Positions 12,501 to 25,131 of a DNA stretch of 64,000 nucleotides are shown piece by piece. The notes under the pieces are model-generated. The model saw only the letters and a program-made list of their open reading frames with translations. It ran no database searches and was not told the DNA's origin. The stretch's first letter is position 1, and each line of letters opens with the position of its first letter. Both the position numbers and the translations under genes were made by a program. The DNA comes from Eledone cirrhosa (taxonomy: Eukaryota): assembly GCA_964016885.1 (NCBI GenBank), contig OZ024742.1:226362001-226426000 (forward strand), in the 5' to 3' direction.

Positions 12501-13404
12501 CATATATCATATATATATATATATATATATATATCATATATCATATATATATACATGTGTGTGTGGAGAGAAAGAGAGAGAGAGAGAGAGGGGGGAAGCA
12601 GGGGTGATGAAATAGAGGACAATATATATACATGCAGATGAATAAAAATCTATTCTACAGAGATGTACAAATGGTTTAAATCTGAGAATGGAAACTGGAT
12701 GATAAATATTATTATCAATGAACACAAAATAATAATGGTTCAATTTCTATGAGAAATATAGTTATTGATATGATTGATTTTTTTCAAATATAGACTAGAA
12801 GTCACTGAAAATGTGGTTGGTTATGAATATATACATACATCGCTATCTAATCTTTTTCATACTAAACCAACCCTGGTACTATAATATAAAACTGTTTGTT
12901 TTAAAGTGTTTATACTTATCTAAAAAAACTTCCGTCATCATTTTATGGAAATTTATGTTAAGTTTTGTTCCAAACACCAACTTAATAATGAGAAATTTAG
13001 TTACATTACTAAACCCTCCCCACACACACACAAAATTCTTGATACTTTTCAAAAATCATAGGTGATGTTTTTCATTAGAAATATGGAAATGAAAGAGTTA
13101 AATCTGTTTTTCAATGCTAGCATGAATTGGATAGGTTGTTACAGACCAAATCATTACTTAATCAGAGTTATTGTCTACTCAGGCAAGCTGGGAGCCTGCA
13201 TCTCCAAAACAAAGGCTCGCAAGGACTCTTCAGTTATATCAAAGACATGCCAGCTTTCCTAGTGCTAGTGCCAGGCATTCTATCAAGTGGAAGAACATAT
13301 GTAAGCAAGATGTAGCTAAAAACACTCATCTGAGCGATCAATAGCACTGATACCATCAGTGCTTGCGCATCCAACCCTTGCTAGCAGGGAAAAACAGACA
13401 TTGA

Positions 13405-13625
13405 CCCTTCAGCATTTAAACTAGCCATATTCGGCCAGAATTCTCTCACCTCTTTCTGTTCAAACCAGTTGTAACTGGCTGCTTATATTTATGTTATAAG
13501 TATTGTTCTCAAAGTAAATAATATCAAATCTTGTAGATTCAATATTATGTGAGATAATTATGTGAAATAAAGTGTTTTCCATGAACATACAATAGTATAT
13601 ATAGAGTAATGTAAATGCTAAAGGG
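13405..13625. mobile_element. piggyBac-like MITE P1 (inverted orientation)
   Basis: cccttcagcattt...aaatgctaaaggg|ttaa; internal sequence is the reverse complement of 3016-3236. Confidence 0.85.
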
Positions 13626-15662
13626 TTAAATAATAATAATGATGATATAATCATGGCTTAACTTCACTAACAAAGACTTCTGAAAGGAGTTGCCCACATA
13701 TTTTGCAAGCTCACAGGTTACTAATGAGATCAATATACAACAGGCAAACCCTGCTTGCAACTGCTACTAGGGAAATTTTGTTCTGGGTTCTGTGTTGCTG
13801 TGCCACATTTCTTCTTTCCACTCCATTTGTCCTTAATGTCTGCCCTGCATACATCATCAAAGAAGAAGACAGACAAGTGAATGATGTGTCACAAAGTCAT
13901 GTGATCAGTGGCTATATCAGACAATTTATATAATACAGCCCTCACTCCTTCCAGCTGTCACATCCTAGATGTTCCACTGGGTGAAAGTAAGGAGAATCAA
14001 GCAGGGCTGTGTCTGTGTGTGCTTGTAACTACATGGGTACCTAAAAACCCAAAGCCCTTACCAAAAGCATCTTACAAACTTCCAAGCCATCCTCAATTGC
14101 TAGTGACAACTGTAGCTTATAAATTCCACCAAGTCAAATATTTGTCACAGAAATCTAACACAACTAAAAATATGTATCTCCATATTCACCTACATACACA
14201 TATATATATATATATATATATGTATATTTGTATATATATATATATATATACACACATACATACATGCAGTGATCAATAAATATATAATTTATTGATTCTG
14301 TATATACCAAGCTAATATATATTTCAAATGAACAGTTCAATAAAAGCTCCACAGTCTCTGTCATCTTAATGAATCAATTTTACAGAGATCAGTAGTTACT
14401 ATGAGATTTCTAATGGACCATATATGTACAAGTGTGTGTGTATGTGTGTGTACGCTTGTGTGTGTGGGTGATTGGAACTATTGAGAATGTTGAACCATAA
14501 AGGGAGAGAGGAGTAGAGAAATAAACAGAAAGAGAGAAAGAGAGAAAGAGAGAAAGAAAGAGAGAGGAGGATAAAGCGGAGTGAGACAGAAAGAGAAACA
14601 CAGAGAGAGGGACAGTCAGACAGACAGAAAGAGAGAGAGTGAGTGAAAAAAGGTATATATAGAGAGAAAGAGAAGTTTACCTTTGTGAAATAAAAAAATG
14701 TACATGTATGAACGTTAGTTAAGAGAGGACTACTGTGGAAATGTAACCATAGAATTAGGTGTTAGTACAGAGAATCATTCATTTGGAAACTATTTGGCAG
14801 AATGATGCCTCACAAGTTAGAACAGAGAATAAAACTAAGTCACATTCGACCAAAATATAATCTATTTATTCACTTAGTATGTGTTTATGTGGTTAGTTAT
14901 GCAGTTAGTTAGAACTGAGAATATATTTCTTTCAAAATATATTTAGTTGTTCACTTTGTCTCTATGAGGTTAGACAGACAAGTAAGCTAATCAACTAGCA
15001 ATACAGTCAGTATCTATGAAGTTAGATAGATAATAAAAGTAAATCATCTACCAAAATCTATCTATTTCTACACTTACTGTGTCTATATAGTTAGTTATGT
15101 TGATAAAATCTTACCTCACATGTCAGACAGACAAGTAAACTAAGTCTTTTTCTACCAAAATCAATAGGTGGCACTGCTTGCATGAACTCTCTGTTGCTAT
15201 CCAATACTATTGTTTATCATATTTGGCAGATCAGGGGGATTATAGTTTATGTCATCACAAATCTGCTTGATATAGGTCTTGGCTTGTTGTCCTCTGCTAA
15301 CTCTTCCTTGTGTAGTCTCCCACAAAAAAATTGCACTAATAATTTTGTCTTTAGTTCTCCAGCACCTTTACAGGGATACAGCAAAGTTATGGAACTACAG
15401 TATGGTGGATTGTGAAGAGGCAGTGAAAGAGCTCAACTGAGCTAATGGTGCCTTTTGCATTGTTGTTGAGCTGAGGAATCCTAAAAGATCAATGGTCAGG
15501 ATCACCAAGCTCTATCAAGAGAGTTACTGCAATGCATCCATGACTGTGTGATCAGCTAATGAAAGATTCATAAGGATTTTACCAAAATGTATCTAGTTAT
15601 TCTATGCCTATGGTGTTAAACAGACAAATAAGGTAATTACCCACCATAATATAATTATTTAG

Positions 15663-15845
15663 GGCGGTGGATTGGCAGTATTGGTAGAGGGTATATTTGC
15701 AGCAAAGAGTTACGTCCCTTTATGATCTGAGTTCAAATCCCACCGAGGTTAACTTTGCCTTTCATCCTTACGGGGTCGATAAAATAAAGTACCAGTAATA
15801 CACTGGGATAATTGCTGGCCTTGTGCCAAATGTAGAAACAATAAT
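15663..15845 (+). mobile_element. tRNA-derived SINE family A
   Basis: A-box-like TGGCAGTATTGG, B-box GAGTTCAAATCCC, body AACTTTGCCTTTCATCCTTACGGGGTCGATAAAATAAAGTACCAG (resembles the Meta/MESC domain as I recall it), and an (AAT)n tail. Confidence 0.85.
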
Positions 15846-16119
15846 ATAATTATTTAGTCTATGTCTATATGGTTAGTTGAAGTGGTGAAATGCTAAGCTT
15901 CTCCATGTGTGTGTGTATCTGTATATATATATATCATGACTCATACACTATTCACTTTCCTGACATTTGTACATTAGTCAATATACTATACATGCACCTT
16001 TGATGAGTTGTAGTGCACCGGAGCACTGTACACAATAATTTTCTTTATTATCACTGAATCACTGACCAATGAAAAAAAAAGGATTAAATTGTTAGACCAA
16101 AATATGTTGTAGACTTTAA

Positions 16120-16347
16120 CCCTTTCGTGACAATATTTCTAATGAAATATACTCTATTTCAATTAATTAAGGAAGAATTTTGAGGGATTTACTTGAATTG
16201 TTTATTTCATTACTAAGATAGTAACTTAACATCGTCCTCATATAAAATTATGTTCGAAGATTTTTATTTAAATAGGAAACCTTTAAAATGGGTGGTTTTA
16301 TTTCATAGAACCAGAGCCATTTTTGGCTGGTTTGGTATCAAAAATGT
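16120..16347. mobile_element. piggyBac-like MITE P2
   Basis: ttaa|ccctttcgtgacaatatttc...ggtttggtatcaaaa; homologous to 9587-9790. Confidence 0.7.
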
Positions 16348-16367
16348 TTATCATCATTATTATCATT

Positions 16368-16545
16368 TGGCAGAATCGGTAGAGCGCCAGACACCATGCT
16401 TTCTAGCATAGTTACGTCCCTTTACAGTCTGAGTTCAAATCCCGCCGAGGTTAACTTTGCCTTTCATCCTTACGAGGTCGATAAAATAAAGTACCAGTAA
16501 TGCACTAGTATAATTGCTGGCCTTGTGCCTAAAGTAGAAACAATT
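16368..16545 (+). mobile_element. tRNA-derived SINE family A
   Basis: Near-identical to 35612-35790. Confidence 0.85.
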
Positions 16546-16957
16546 ATCATTACCATTATCGTTTTTATGTTTCTTTTCCATGTTGGCATGGTTTTCACAT
16601 GATGTTTTGATGCCCTTCCTGTTGCCAACACCTTTATGTTCCTCTTATAACTAAGGAACACAATGTACCTATTCTAAAACAATATGACTGGGTATAGGCA
16701 GTATATACCCAGAGTTAACTGAGTATATATACAGTATAACCAGCTATACCCAATTATACAGTAAAAGCAGGTATATATACAGTTAACCAAAGAGGACACT
16801 CTTAACTGGATATGGAAAGCAGACGTAAAAACGATGATAATGAAGATGATGATGAATTAAGTGGGTATATATACAGCATAACCAGGTATACACACAGTAT
16901 AACTGGATATGTATACACAGGAAAATAGTATATACACATTTTAACTGCATATATGCT

Positions 16958-17297
16958 CAGTTAACTGGGTATATATACAGTTAACTGGGTATACATACAG
17001 TTAACTGGGTATATATACAGTTAACTGGGTATATATACAGTTAACTGGGTATATATAGAGTTAGCTGGGTATATACCCAGTTAACTGGGTATATACATAC
17101 AGTTAACCGGGTATATATACAGTTAACTGGGTATATATACAGTTAACTGGGTATATATATACAATTAACTGGGTATATATACAGTTAACTGTATATATAC
17201 CCAGTTAACTGTATATATACCCAGTTAACTGTATGTATACCCACTTTACTGGGTATATATATAGTTAGCTGGGTATATACGCAGTTAACTGGGTATA
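16958..17297. repeat. 20-bp minisatellite CAGTTAACTGGGTATATATA
   Basis: About 17 copies with the palindromic core CAGTTAACTG; degenerate copies extend left to ~16690. Confidence 0.9.
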
Positions 17298-17524
17298 CTC
17301 ACAGAATAATATAACTAAAGTGAGTTTTTAAATATGATAAATGTGTAGATAAATTATAAAAGTATATATATTCCTAATCATGAAATCTATATTTGATGTC
17401 AGACTGTGGAAATATATATAATTGTATCAACTCTTTTGATTACTCAATGTTACTTACAGTAATTGAACTGTTCAAACGACAGCAGCTCTCTTGATGTTTG
17501 CTTTTATGACTTGATATTACAATG

Positions 17525-17538
17525 ACAACTACAACTAC

Positions 17539-17595
<57 letters not shown>

Positions 17596-17672
17596 CACCA
17601 CCACCACCTCCACCGTCGCCGCTGTTGTTTCTACTACTACTACCAGCACCACCACAACCACTGTTGCTGTTG

Positions 17673-17734
<62 letters not shown>

Positions 17735-17800
17735 GCTACTACTACTACAGCAGGAACAGCAACTACAAACAACAACAGTAATAAAAGCAACAACAACACC
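17525..17800. repeat. (ACT)n/(ACC)n trinucleotide tract
   Basis: Direct inspection. Confidence 0.9.
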
Positions 17801-18034
17801 GATACAGTATCACTTTTAAAATTCAGCTGCAATTAACCTGTCCTGTAAGTTACTACAATGCAACCAATAGATCTTACTAAGCCTGTTCCTCACAATTCAT
17901 TCTTTACAAACACATTAACAGCAGTGATTCTCCAACAGGAGGCACCTCGCTCCCGAGGGAAGAATCCAGACATGGAATGGATAGTGCACACTGTATATAC
18001 TGTGTGGGTGTATATAAATATATATATATATATG

Positions 18035-20465
18035 TCGTCATCATCATTTTTGTGTCCATTTTGCGACAATTGCATGGGTTGGATGGGTCCTTTTCAGCAT
18101 AACATCTCTTCACTTACTGCATTCCCTTGTCATCTCCTCTGTGAGTCTCAGTGATTTGAGATCAGCTCTCACCATGTCTGTCCAAGCCTTTCGTGGTCTA
18201 CCTCTACTGCGGCTTCCTTCCACTGGGATTTCATGTTACTTTTTCACCCAGCAATCATCATCCATCTGCATCACATGTCCATACCAATGCAGTCATCTCT
18301 CTTGCACACCACCTTGGACTCCTCTTAAACCTATTTTTCCCTCAGTTCAAGCTCTACCTTTCTCTCACATTTACATTGCACATCCAATGAAGCATGGTTA
18401 CTTCCTTTCTCTCCAGTCTATGCATGTCTTCTATAGCCACAGCCCATGTTTCACTACCATGCAGCATCACACTTCACACACAGGCATCATACAGTTGTCC
18501 TTTTTGTATATAGGGAGAAACCTTTTGTTGTCAACAGTGGGAGTAACTCTCTAAACTTTTTCCATCATATCCTTATTCTAGATATTATATTCTCAGAGCA
18601 CCCCCCACCCCTCTGCTGCTGATTAAGTCACCTGGATAGCAGAAGCTATCAACCAATTCTATGGACCCTTCCTGTGATTGGAAAAGGTTTATATCACCGA
18701 TGCTCTTCCCCTCGATTACTCCTGTGCATCTTCAACATACAAAGTCTTCCCTTCCTGTTAGTTTATCTGTTATCCCACTACATTTCTTGTGTACCCAAGA
18801 TTTACATTGTGTACATCTTATAGAATTTATACCTACTCCTTTTCTATATATTAAACAGGACCATTTCCCTGAGGGAATCACGACCCTATCTTCTTTCCTA
18901 CTTATTAGCACTTCAGACCTTCTGATTCCAAATTCTGTTTCCATACTCTAGTTCTTTTATGGATTCAGCTACAACAGGGTTTCCCAACCTTTTTTCAACC
19001 AGCGCCCCCTTTGGGTGCAAACTTTTGTCAATTGCCCCCCCCCCCCCCCCCCCTGTCAATTTAAATTTTAAATAAGATACTGAATTCATAAGACTTAACA
19101 CATTATCTGGTGTATGGCCGCAGTTCAAATGGGTACAAAACCTAAAGCAAATATGTGTGTGTGTTTGTGTGTGCGCGCACTCATGTGGTTGAGCCTTCAA
19201 TAACCAGGGGTCAATTTAAGTTCAAAGTGAAAAAAAGTGTTTTTTAAATTTTTCAAAATTCAAAAGAAAAAATGGATAAATGCCCACCTCCCACCTGAAT
19301 ATATCCCCCCCCCCCCACAAACCCACCCCCAATCCCCAATGAAATAAAAACTCCCAGTGCCCCCTTTCAACACAACAGCGGCCACGTTGGGAAACACTGA
19401 GCTATAAGGACCAGGTCATTGTGCAGAGAGGCAGTACCATAGCCAATGAGGGTTATCCAAGGCGTGGTTATTGCTAGTTGAAAACTAAATTATAAAGAAG
19501 TTTCCATAAACAACCAGTCTTAAACTGTTATGACCTGGAGAACTATGCTAAACAGGATAAGAACTGAACCCTATTGAACTCCTGCCTGTACCTTGAATTC
19601 CTCACTAAACTCACTTCTTACTCTCATTTTACTGACAGTTCCTTTGTACATGGCTTGAACTGCTCTCATAAGTCATTCTTCTATGCTTAATTTCCTTAAG
19701 GACCACCTGATAATAGATTGAGGTATTCTGTTAAAGGCTTTTTCTAGATCAATAAAAGCTAAATATAGCGGCTTATTCTTGGCTAAGAACTTCTATTGTA
19801 GTTTTCTCACTAAGAAGAGGGCATCTGGAGTACTTTTCCTAGGCATGAAACCAAACTTCATCTCACCTACTTTAACTCTTTCCCTAATTAGCTATGCTAT
19901 AACTCTTTCCATCGCTTTCATAACTTGTCAATTAGTTTTATTCCTCTATAGTTACTCCTTTCTAGAGCATCACCTTTGCCCTTGTAGCAATTTATGATTG
20001 TACTGCTGCTCCAGTCATTCCGTCCTGCATTAACCTGGTTGACTATACGGGTTACTAATTTGACTCCTACTTCTCCTAATGCTTTTATCATCTCAGCAAC
20101 TATCTCTGACAGTCTTGCAGCTTTACCATTCTTCATCTCTGATGGACACCTACCTGCACATTGAATTACTCATTAAACTCATTACCTACTCTCACATTAC
20201 TAACAGTTTCACTGTACATTGGTGCACTACTCTCATAAGTCATTCTTCTACACGTCGCTTCTTTAAGGACCATCAGATGATAGATCAAACTACTCTGCCA
20301 AAGGCATTCTCCAGATCAACAAAAGATAGACATAGTGGGTAACACTTAACTAGAAACTTCTCTCGCAGTTGTCTTACTAAGAAGAGAGCATCTATGGTAC
20401 TTCTCTCTGGCACAAAACCAAATTGCATCTCATATAATTTGACTCTTTCCCTAATTAGCTGTGCT
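18035..20465 (-). mobile_element. Decayed RTE LINE (RT + PHD-like finger + C-terminus), fragmented and interrupted
   Basis: Translates MKNGKAARLSEIVAEMIKA...CYKGKGDALERSNYRGIKL; DLVLIAESIKELE; PSGKWSCLIYRKGVGINSIRCTQCKSWVHKKCSG...FVC. It is homologous to 28093-29715, and RT segments are duplicated at ~20150-20465. Confidence 0.85.
18975..19399. mobile_element. hAT (Charlie-like) MITE
   Basis: TIRs CAGGGTTTCCCAAC / GTTGGGAAACACTG; 8-bp TSD agctacaa (18967-18974) / agctataa (19400-19407). Confidence 0.85.
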
Positions 20466-20595
20466 AAATTACTTACATTGTATATATATATAGTTTAGGG
20501 ATTATAATGTCAAGTTATTGTGGGTTACCAAAGAAAGCACTCAATGCGTAGTCTCCACTATGTACTTTGGGGTTGTACTAAGCAGAGTGTAATAA

Positions 20596-20694
20596 CAGAA
20601 GTCTGATGAGCTTGTGATTCCAGAATCAGGCCCAAATGATAGATATTGAACTTTGAGCTGATCAATCATGAAACGCGCGTCACACCTGAATAAA
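20596..20694 (+). ncRNA. Hammerhead-like motif with long stem II (PLE pLTR type)
   Basis: cagaagt-CTGATGA(20603)-gctt-gtgatt...aatcat-GAAAC(20670)-GCGC-GTC-acacctg-AATAAA. ACGCGCGT is palindromic and the triplet is GUC; stem I is imperfect. Confidence 0.55.
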
Positions 20695-20786
20695 TATAAT
20701 GAAAATTTGACACCTCGTCCATGCTTATTAATAAAGTACCAGTAATGCACTGGGTAATTGCTGGCCTTGTGCCTAACGTAGAAACA

Positions 20787-20826
<40 letters not shown>

Positions 20827-20827
20827 A

Positions 20828-21015
20828 GGCGGTGGATTGGCAGTATCGGTAGAGGGTCGGACGTCATGCTTTGCAGCATACAGTTACGGCCCTTGCCATT
20901 CTGAGTTCAAATCCCACCGAGGTTAACTTTGCCTTTCATCCTTATGGGGTCGATAAAATAAAGTACCAGTAATGCACTAGGTAATTGCTGGCCTTGTGCC
21001 AAAAGTAGAAACAAT
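20828..21015 (+). mobile_element. tRNA-derived SINE family A (preceded by a partial tail copy at 20730-20820)
   Basis: Full head, body and (ATT)n tail. Confidence 0.85.
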
Positions 21016-21041
21016 TATTATTATATATATGTATATATAAT

Positions 21042-21201
21042 GCCAATATACCTAACTATAGTGTACATTGTGTATATATCAAATGAAATACCAACATAAA
21101 CTATAGTGTACATTACATATATGTCAAAGAAAATACCAATATACTTAACTATAATGTACATTGTGTATATATCAAATGAAATACCAATATACCTAACTAT
21201 A
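21042..21201. repeat. ~46-48-bp tandem repeat (3.5 copies)
   Basis: ccaatatacctaactatagtgtacattgtgtatatatcaaatgaaata repeated. Confidence 0.85.
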
Positions 21202-21429
21202 AGGGTGACTACAAATTAACAGTTCATAAAAAAAAACTGCTGCTTCAGACTTCATCCCACTTGGGACTATACAATTATTGAGTTTTGAAAAGCTTGCTTA
21301 TGTTAATATAGTGTTGTTTTGTACTTTTTAATAATGTCTTGCTATGGTGGTTTCATGTGGTACAGGATATTAAGGGTTTAGTGCCATCAACGTGAAGACA
21401 AACACATACACATATATATATATACAATG

Positions 21430-21577
21430 GTTGGCCCCAGAGTTTCCTTGAATAAATTTCACTCACAAGGCACTGACCAGCCGAAGGCTATAGTAACAGA
21501 CACCTGCCCAAAGTACCACACTATAGGATGAAATCTAAAACCATATGGCTGCAAAGTAAATATAACTACACAGCCAT
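21430..21577 (-). mobile_element. Degenerate CORE-like SINE (family C)
   Basis: Reverse complement has tggctgtgtagtta...ttgggcaggtgtc...ctatagcc...ccttgtgagtgaaattt; related pieces at 8265-8345 and 32480-32530. Confidence 0.55.
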
Positions 21578-21591
21578 AATGTATGAATTAA

Positions 21592-22003
21592 CCCTTTAGC
21601 ATTTAAACTGGTCGTATCCGGCCAGAATTCTCTCACCTCTTTCTATTCAGACTGGCCATAACTGGCCGCTCATACTGATGTTAAGCCATTGTTCTCAAAA
21701 TAAATAACATCAAAATCTCCTAGATTCGATATTATGTGATATAATTATGTAAGCTAAAGCCTTTACCACAAAAAAAAACAATAGTATATATAGAATAATT
21801 GTTTCTACTTTTGGCACAAGGCCATAAATTACCCAGTGCATTACTGGTACTTTATTTTATCGACCCCGTAAGGATGAAAGGTAAAGTTAACCTCGGCGGG
21901 ATTTGAACTCAGATCATAAAGGGAGGTAACTCTATGCTACAAAGCATGGTGTCCGACCCTCTACCAATACTGCAAATCCAAGAATAATGTAAATGCTAAA
22001 GGG
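21592..22003. mobile_element. piggyBac-like MITE P1 interrupted by a SINE
   Basis: TTAA|CCCTTTAGCATTT...AAATGCTAAAGGG. Confidence 0.85.
21800..21980 (-). mobile_element. tRNA-derived SINE family A with 8-bp TSD
   Basis: TSD AGAATAAT at 21792-21799 and 21981-21988. Confidence 0.85.
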
Positions 22004-22468
22004 TTGAATCTCTTCCTTTTCATTTTGAATTTATGCTTCAGTTTTTCAAATAATTCTAAAAACTGAGTGGCATGCTAATGAAGTAAGAAGTGTCACTAAA
22101 CTGTAAGGAAAGGTGTATGCTACATTGGAATTGAACATAGAAGAAAATAAGTGAAGAGGAAGACCAACAAAGACATGGCTATGGATGATGGAGAAGGAAC
22201 TGAAAGCCAGAGGTTTGATGAGGTGGGATATAGACAATAGGACAAAGTGGTGGAGTTTGTTATAGGCCCACACAAAGCTAACCTCTATTCTAGCAGGTAA
22301 AATACTCTTAAAAGACTTTTTTTTTAAAATGATTATTTCATTAGAACTGTGAAGCTGCCAAAAAGGGACTGCCAGAAGTTGGGGGACATCTTACTAGAAG
22401 CAAAGGACGAGTGACGTCACATCAGGATTCAGGCGCCTACTCACTCCCTCTTTTTCATCGGGTTGTAG

Positions 22469-22558
22469 CCTAGAGTGGACATGTTTACGAAAGTGAGCGA
22501 GAGAGGTCCGGCCAGTGGACAGTGGATAATTCAGTCTGAATTTAAATGGAGTCACAAG
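22469..22558 (+). CDS. Tentative 90-bp symmetric internal exon (PRVDMFTKVSERGPASGQWIIQSEFKWSHK), product unknown
   Basis: Branch-like CTCAC at 22440-22444, pyrimidine tract ctccctctttttc, acceptor TTGTAG, donor AAG|GTAGGT, and an open phase-0 frame. No homology recognised. Confidence 0.3.
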
Positions 22559-23209
22559 GTAGGTCTGTTCGCTTTCAAACCACAAGAACCAAGAGGAACT
22601 TAATGGAATGTTGAACTGAATTCTTTCTGTACAATAATTAGAAGAAATTATTTTATCAAATTTCCCTACTTGAATTCCTTTTAAATATTGTGAGGTTGAG
22701 TGGGGTTGCCAGAAGTATAGGGGTCAATGACGTCATGTAAGTGGCTGGGAGAGGGGGGGGGTCTCAAAAGTGTTGGGATTAGTGACATCATGTAAGTAGC
22801 TGGAGAAGAGCCTTGTTGGAGCATCAGTGACACCATATAAACAAGTGGAGCGGGGGTGGGGATGGGGGGGGGGGGGGCTTGTTGGAAGTGTAGGGGTCAG
22901 TCACATCACATAAGCTGAAAACGACCTGTGTATTCCTCTTCCCCTTTGGCTGTTGTTTCCAACGGATGTAATTGCCATGTGAGCTCAGGTATATGTCACT
23001 AGGTTCTGGTCAGCGATTAGGTGGGTAGGGCTCTCACAGATATATCCCATCTGGACAAGATCAATGACAGGAGAGGACCCACAAGATAAGTGAGCTATGC
23101 TTTTTCCTTTACAACAAATATGTTACAGTCACCACTACAAAAAATCTTCAAAGACAATTTCCAATATGAAGAAATTCACAACTACAATCTCAACAGAACA
23201 TCATCCTCA

Positions 23210-23501
23210 TCATTTTTCATTTCATTTTTCCATGCTTGCATAGGTTAAATAAGTCTTCTCCAGTACAGCACCTCTCCATTCCTTTCTTTCCTGTGTCATC
23301 TCCTTTGTGTGAGCTGTAGTTTCTGGAAGTCAAATTTCACCACCTCTACCAAGTCTTTCTTGGTCTTCCTCTTCTACAGCTTCCTTCCATTTGGAACTCC
23401 CGGCACTTCTTCATCCAGTGATCATCATCCATGGGTTAAATAAGTCCTCACCAGCAGCTCGCCACTCGTCTCCCTTGTTTGTCATCGCCTTTGTGAGGTT
23501 C
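23210..23501 (-). mobile_element. RTE LINE 3' fragments
   Basis: Reverse complement encodes RRGRPRKTW-like and MLNLTKAMTNKGDEWRAA segments and ends in a (GAT) tail. Confidence 0.7.
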
Positions 23502-25131
23502 AGCATCATGAGCTCTGCTTTCACCACCTCTCTCTAGCACCATGAGCTCTGCTTTCACCACCTCTGCTTAGCATCATGAGCTCTGCTTTCACTACCTCTG
23601 CTTAGCATCATGAGCTCTGCTTTCACCACCTCTGCCTAGCACCATGAGCTCTGCTTTCACCACCTCTGCCTAGCACCATGAGCTCTGCTTTCACCACCTC
23701 TGCCTAGCACCATGAGCTCTGCTTTCACCACCTCTCTCTAGCACCATGAGCTCTGCTTTCACCACCTCTGCTTAGCATCATGAGCTCTGCTTTCACCACC
23801 TCTGCTTAGCATCATGAGCTCTGCTTTCACCACCTCTGCTTAGCACCATGAGCTCTGCTTTCACTACCTCTGCTTAGCATCATGAGCTCTGCTTTCACCA
23901 CCTCTGCCTAGCACCATGAGCTCTGCTTTCACCACCTCTGCCTAGCACCATGAGCTCTGCTTTCACCACCTCTGCCTAGCACCATGAGCTCTGCTTTCAC
24001 CACCTCTCTCTAGCACCATGAGCTCTGCTTTCACCACCTCTGCTTAGCATCATGAGCTCTGCTTTCACCACCTCTGCCTAGCACCATGAGCTCTGCTTTC
24101 ACCACCTCTGCTTAGCATCATGAGCTCTGCTTTCACCACCTCTGCTTAGCACCATGAGCTCTGCTTTCACTACCTCTGCTTAGCATCATGAGCTCTGCTT
24201 TCACCACCTCTGCTTAGCACCATGAGCTCTGCTTTCACTACCTCTGCTTAGCATCATGAGCTCTGCTTTCACCACCTCTGCTTAGCATCTTGAGCTCTGC
24301 TTTCACCACTTCTGCCTAGCATCATGAGCTCTGCTTTCACTACCTCTGCCTAGCATCTTGAGCTCTGCTTTCACTACCTCTGCTTAGCATCATGAGCTCT
24401 GCTTTCACCACTTCTGCCTAGCATCATGAGCTCTGCTTTCACTACCTCTGCTTAGCATCATGAGCTCTGCTTTCACTACCTCTGCCTAGCATCATGAGCT
24501 CTGCTTTCACTACCTCTGCTTAGCATCATGAGCTCTGCTTTCACTACCTCTGCTTAGCATCATGAGCTCTGCTTTCACTACCTCTGCCTAGCATCATGAG
24601 CTCTGCTTTCACTACCTCTGCCTAGCATCATGAGCTCTGCTTTCACTACCTCTGCTTAGCATCATGAGCTCTGCTTTCACTACCTCTGCTTAGCATCATG
24701 AGCTCTGCTTTCACTACCTCTGCCTAGCATCATGAGCTCTGCTTTCACTACCTCTGCCTAGCATCATGAGCTCTGCTTTCACTACCTCTGCTTAGCATCA
24801 TGAGCTCTGCTTTCACTACCTCTGCCTAGCATCATGAGCTCTGCTTTCACTACCTCTGCTTAGCATCATGAGCTCTGCTTTCACTACCTCTGCTTAGCAT
24901 CATGAGCTCTGCTTTCACTACCTCTGCCTAGCATCATGAGCTCTGCTTTCACTACCTCTGCTTAGCATCATGAGCTCTGCTTTCACTACCTCTGCCTAGC
25001 ATCATGAGCTCTGCTTTCACTACCTCTGCTTAGCATCATGAGCTCTGCTTTCACTACCTCTGCTTAGCATCCTGAGCTCTGCTTTCACCACTTCTGCCTA
25101 GCATCATGAGCTCTGCTTTCACCACTTCTGA
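23502..25131. repeat. 34-bp minisatellite AGCATCATGAGCTCTGCTTTCA(C/T)ACCTCTGC(C/T)T-type, ~48 copies
   Basis: Period 34 (catgag at 23541, 23575, ...); highly homogeneous. Confidence 0.97.

Noticed and set aside
17858-18000. ORF with PIDLT (CtBP-like motif)
   Set aside because: In-frame stops lie immediately upstream, there are no good splice signals, and it runs into a microsatellite and a LINE.
23502-25131. CRISPR-like array
   Set aside because: There are no unique spacers and no cas genes, the context is eukaryotic, and the unit is LINE-derived. The 46-bp array also lacks true spacers.
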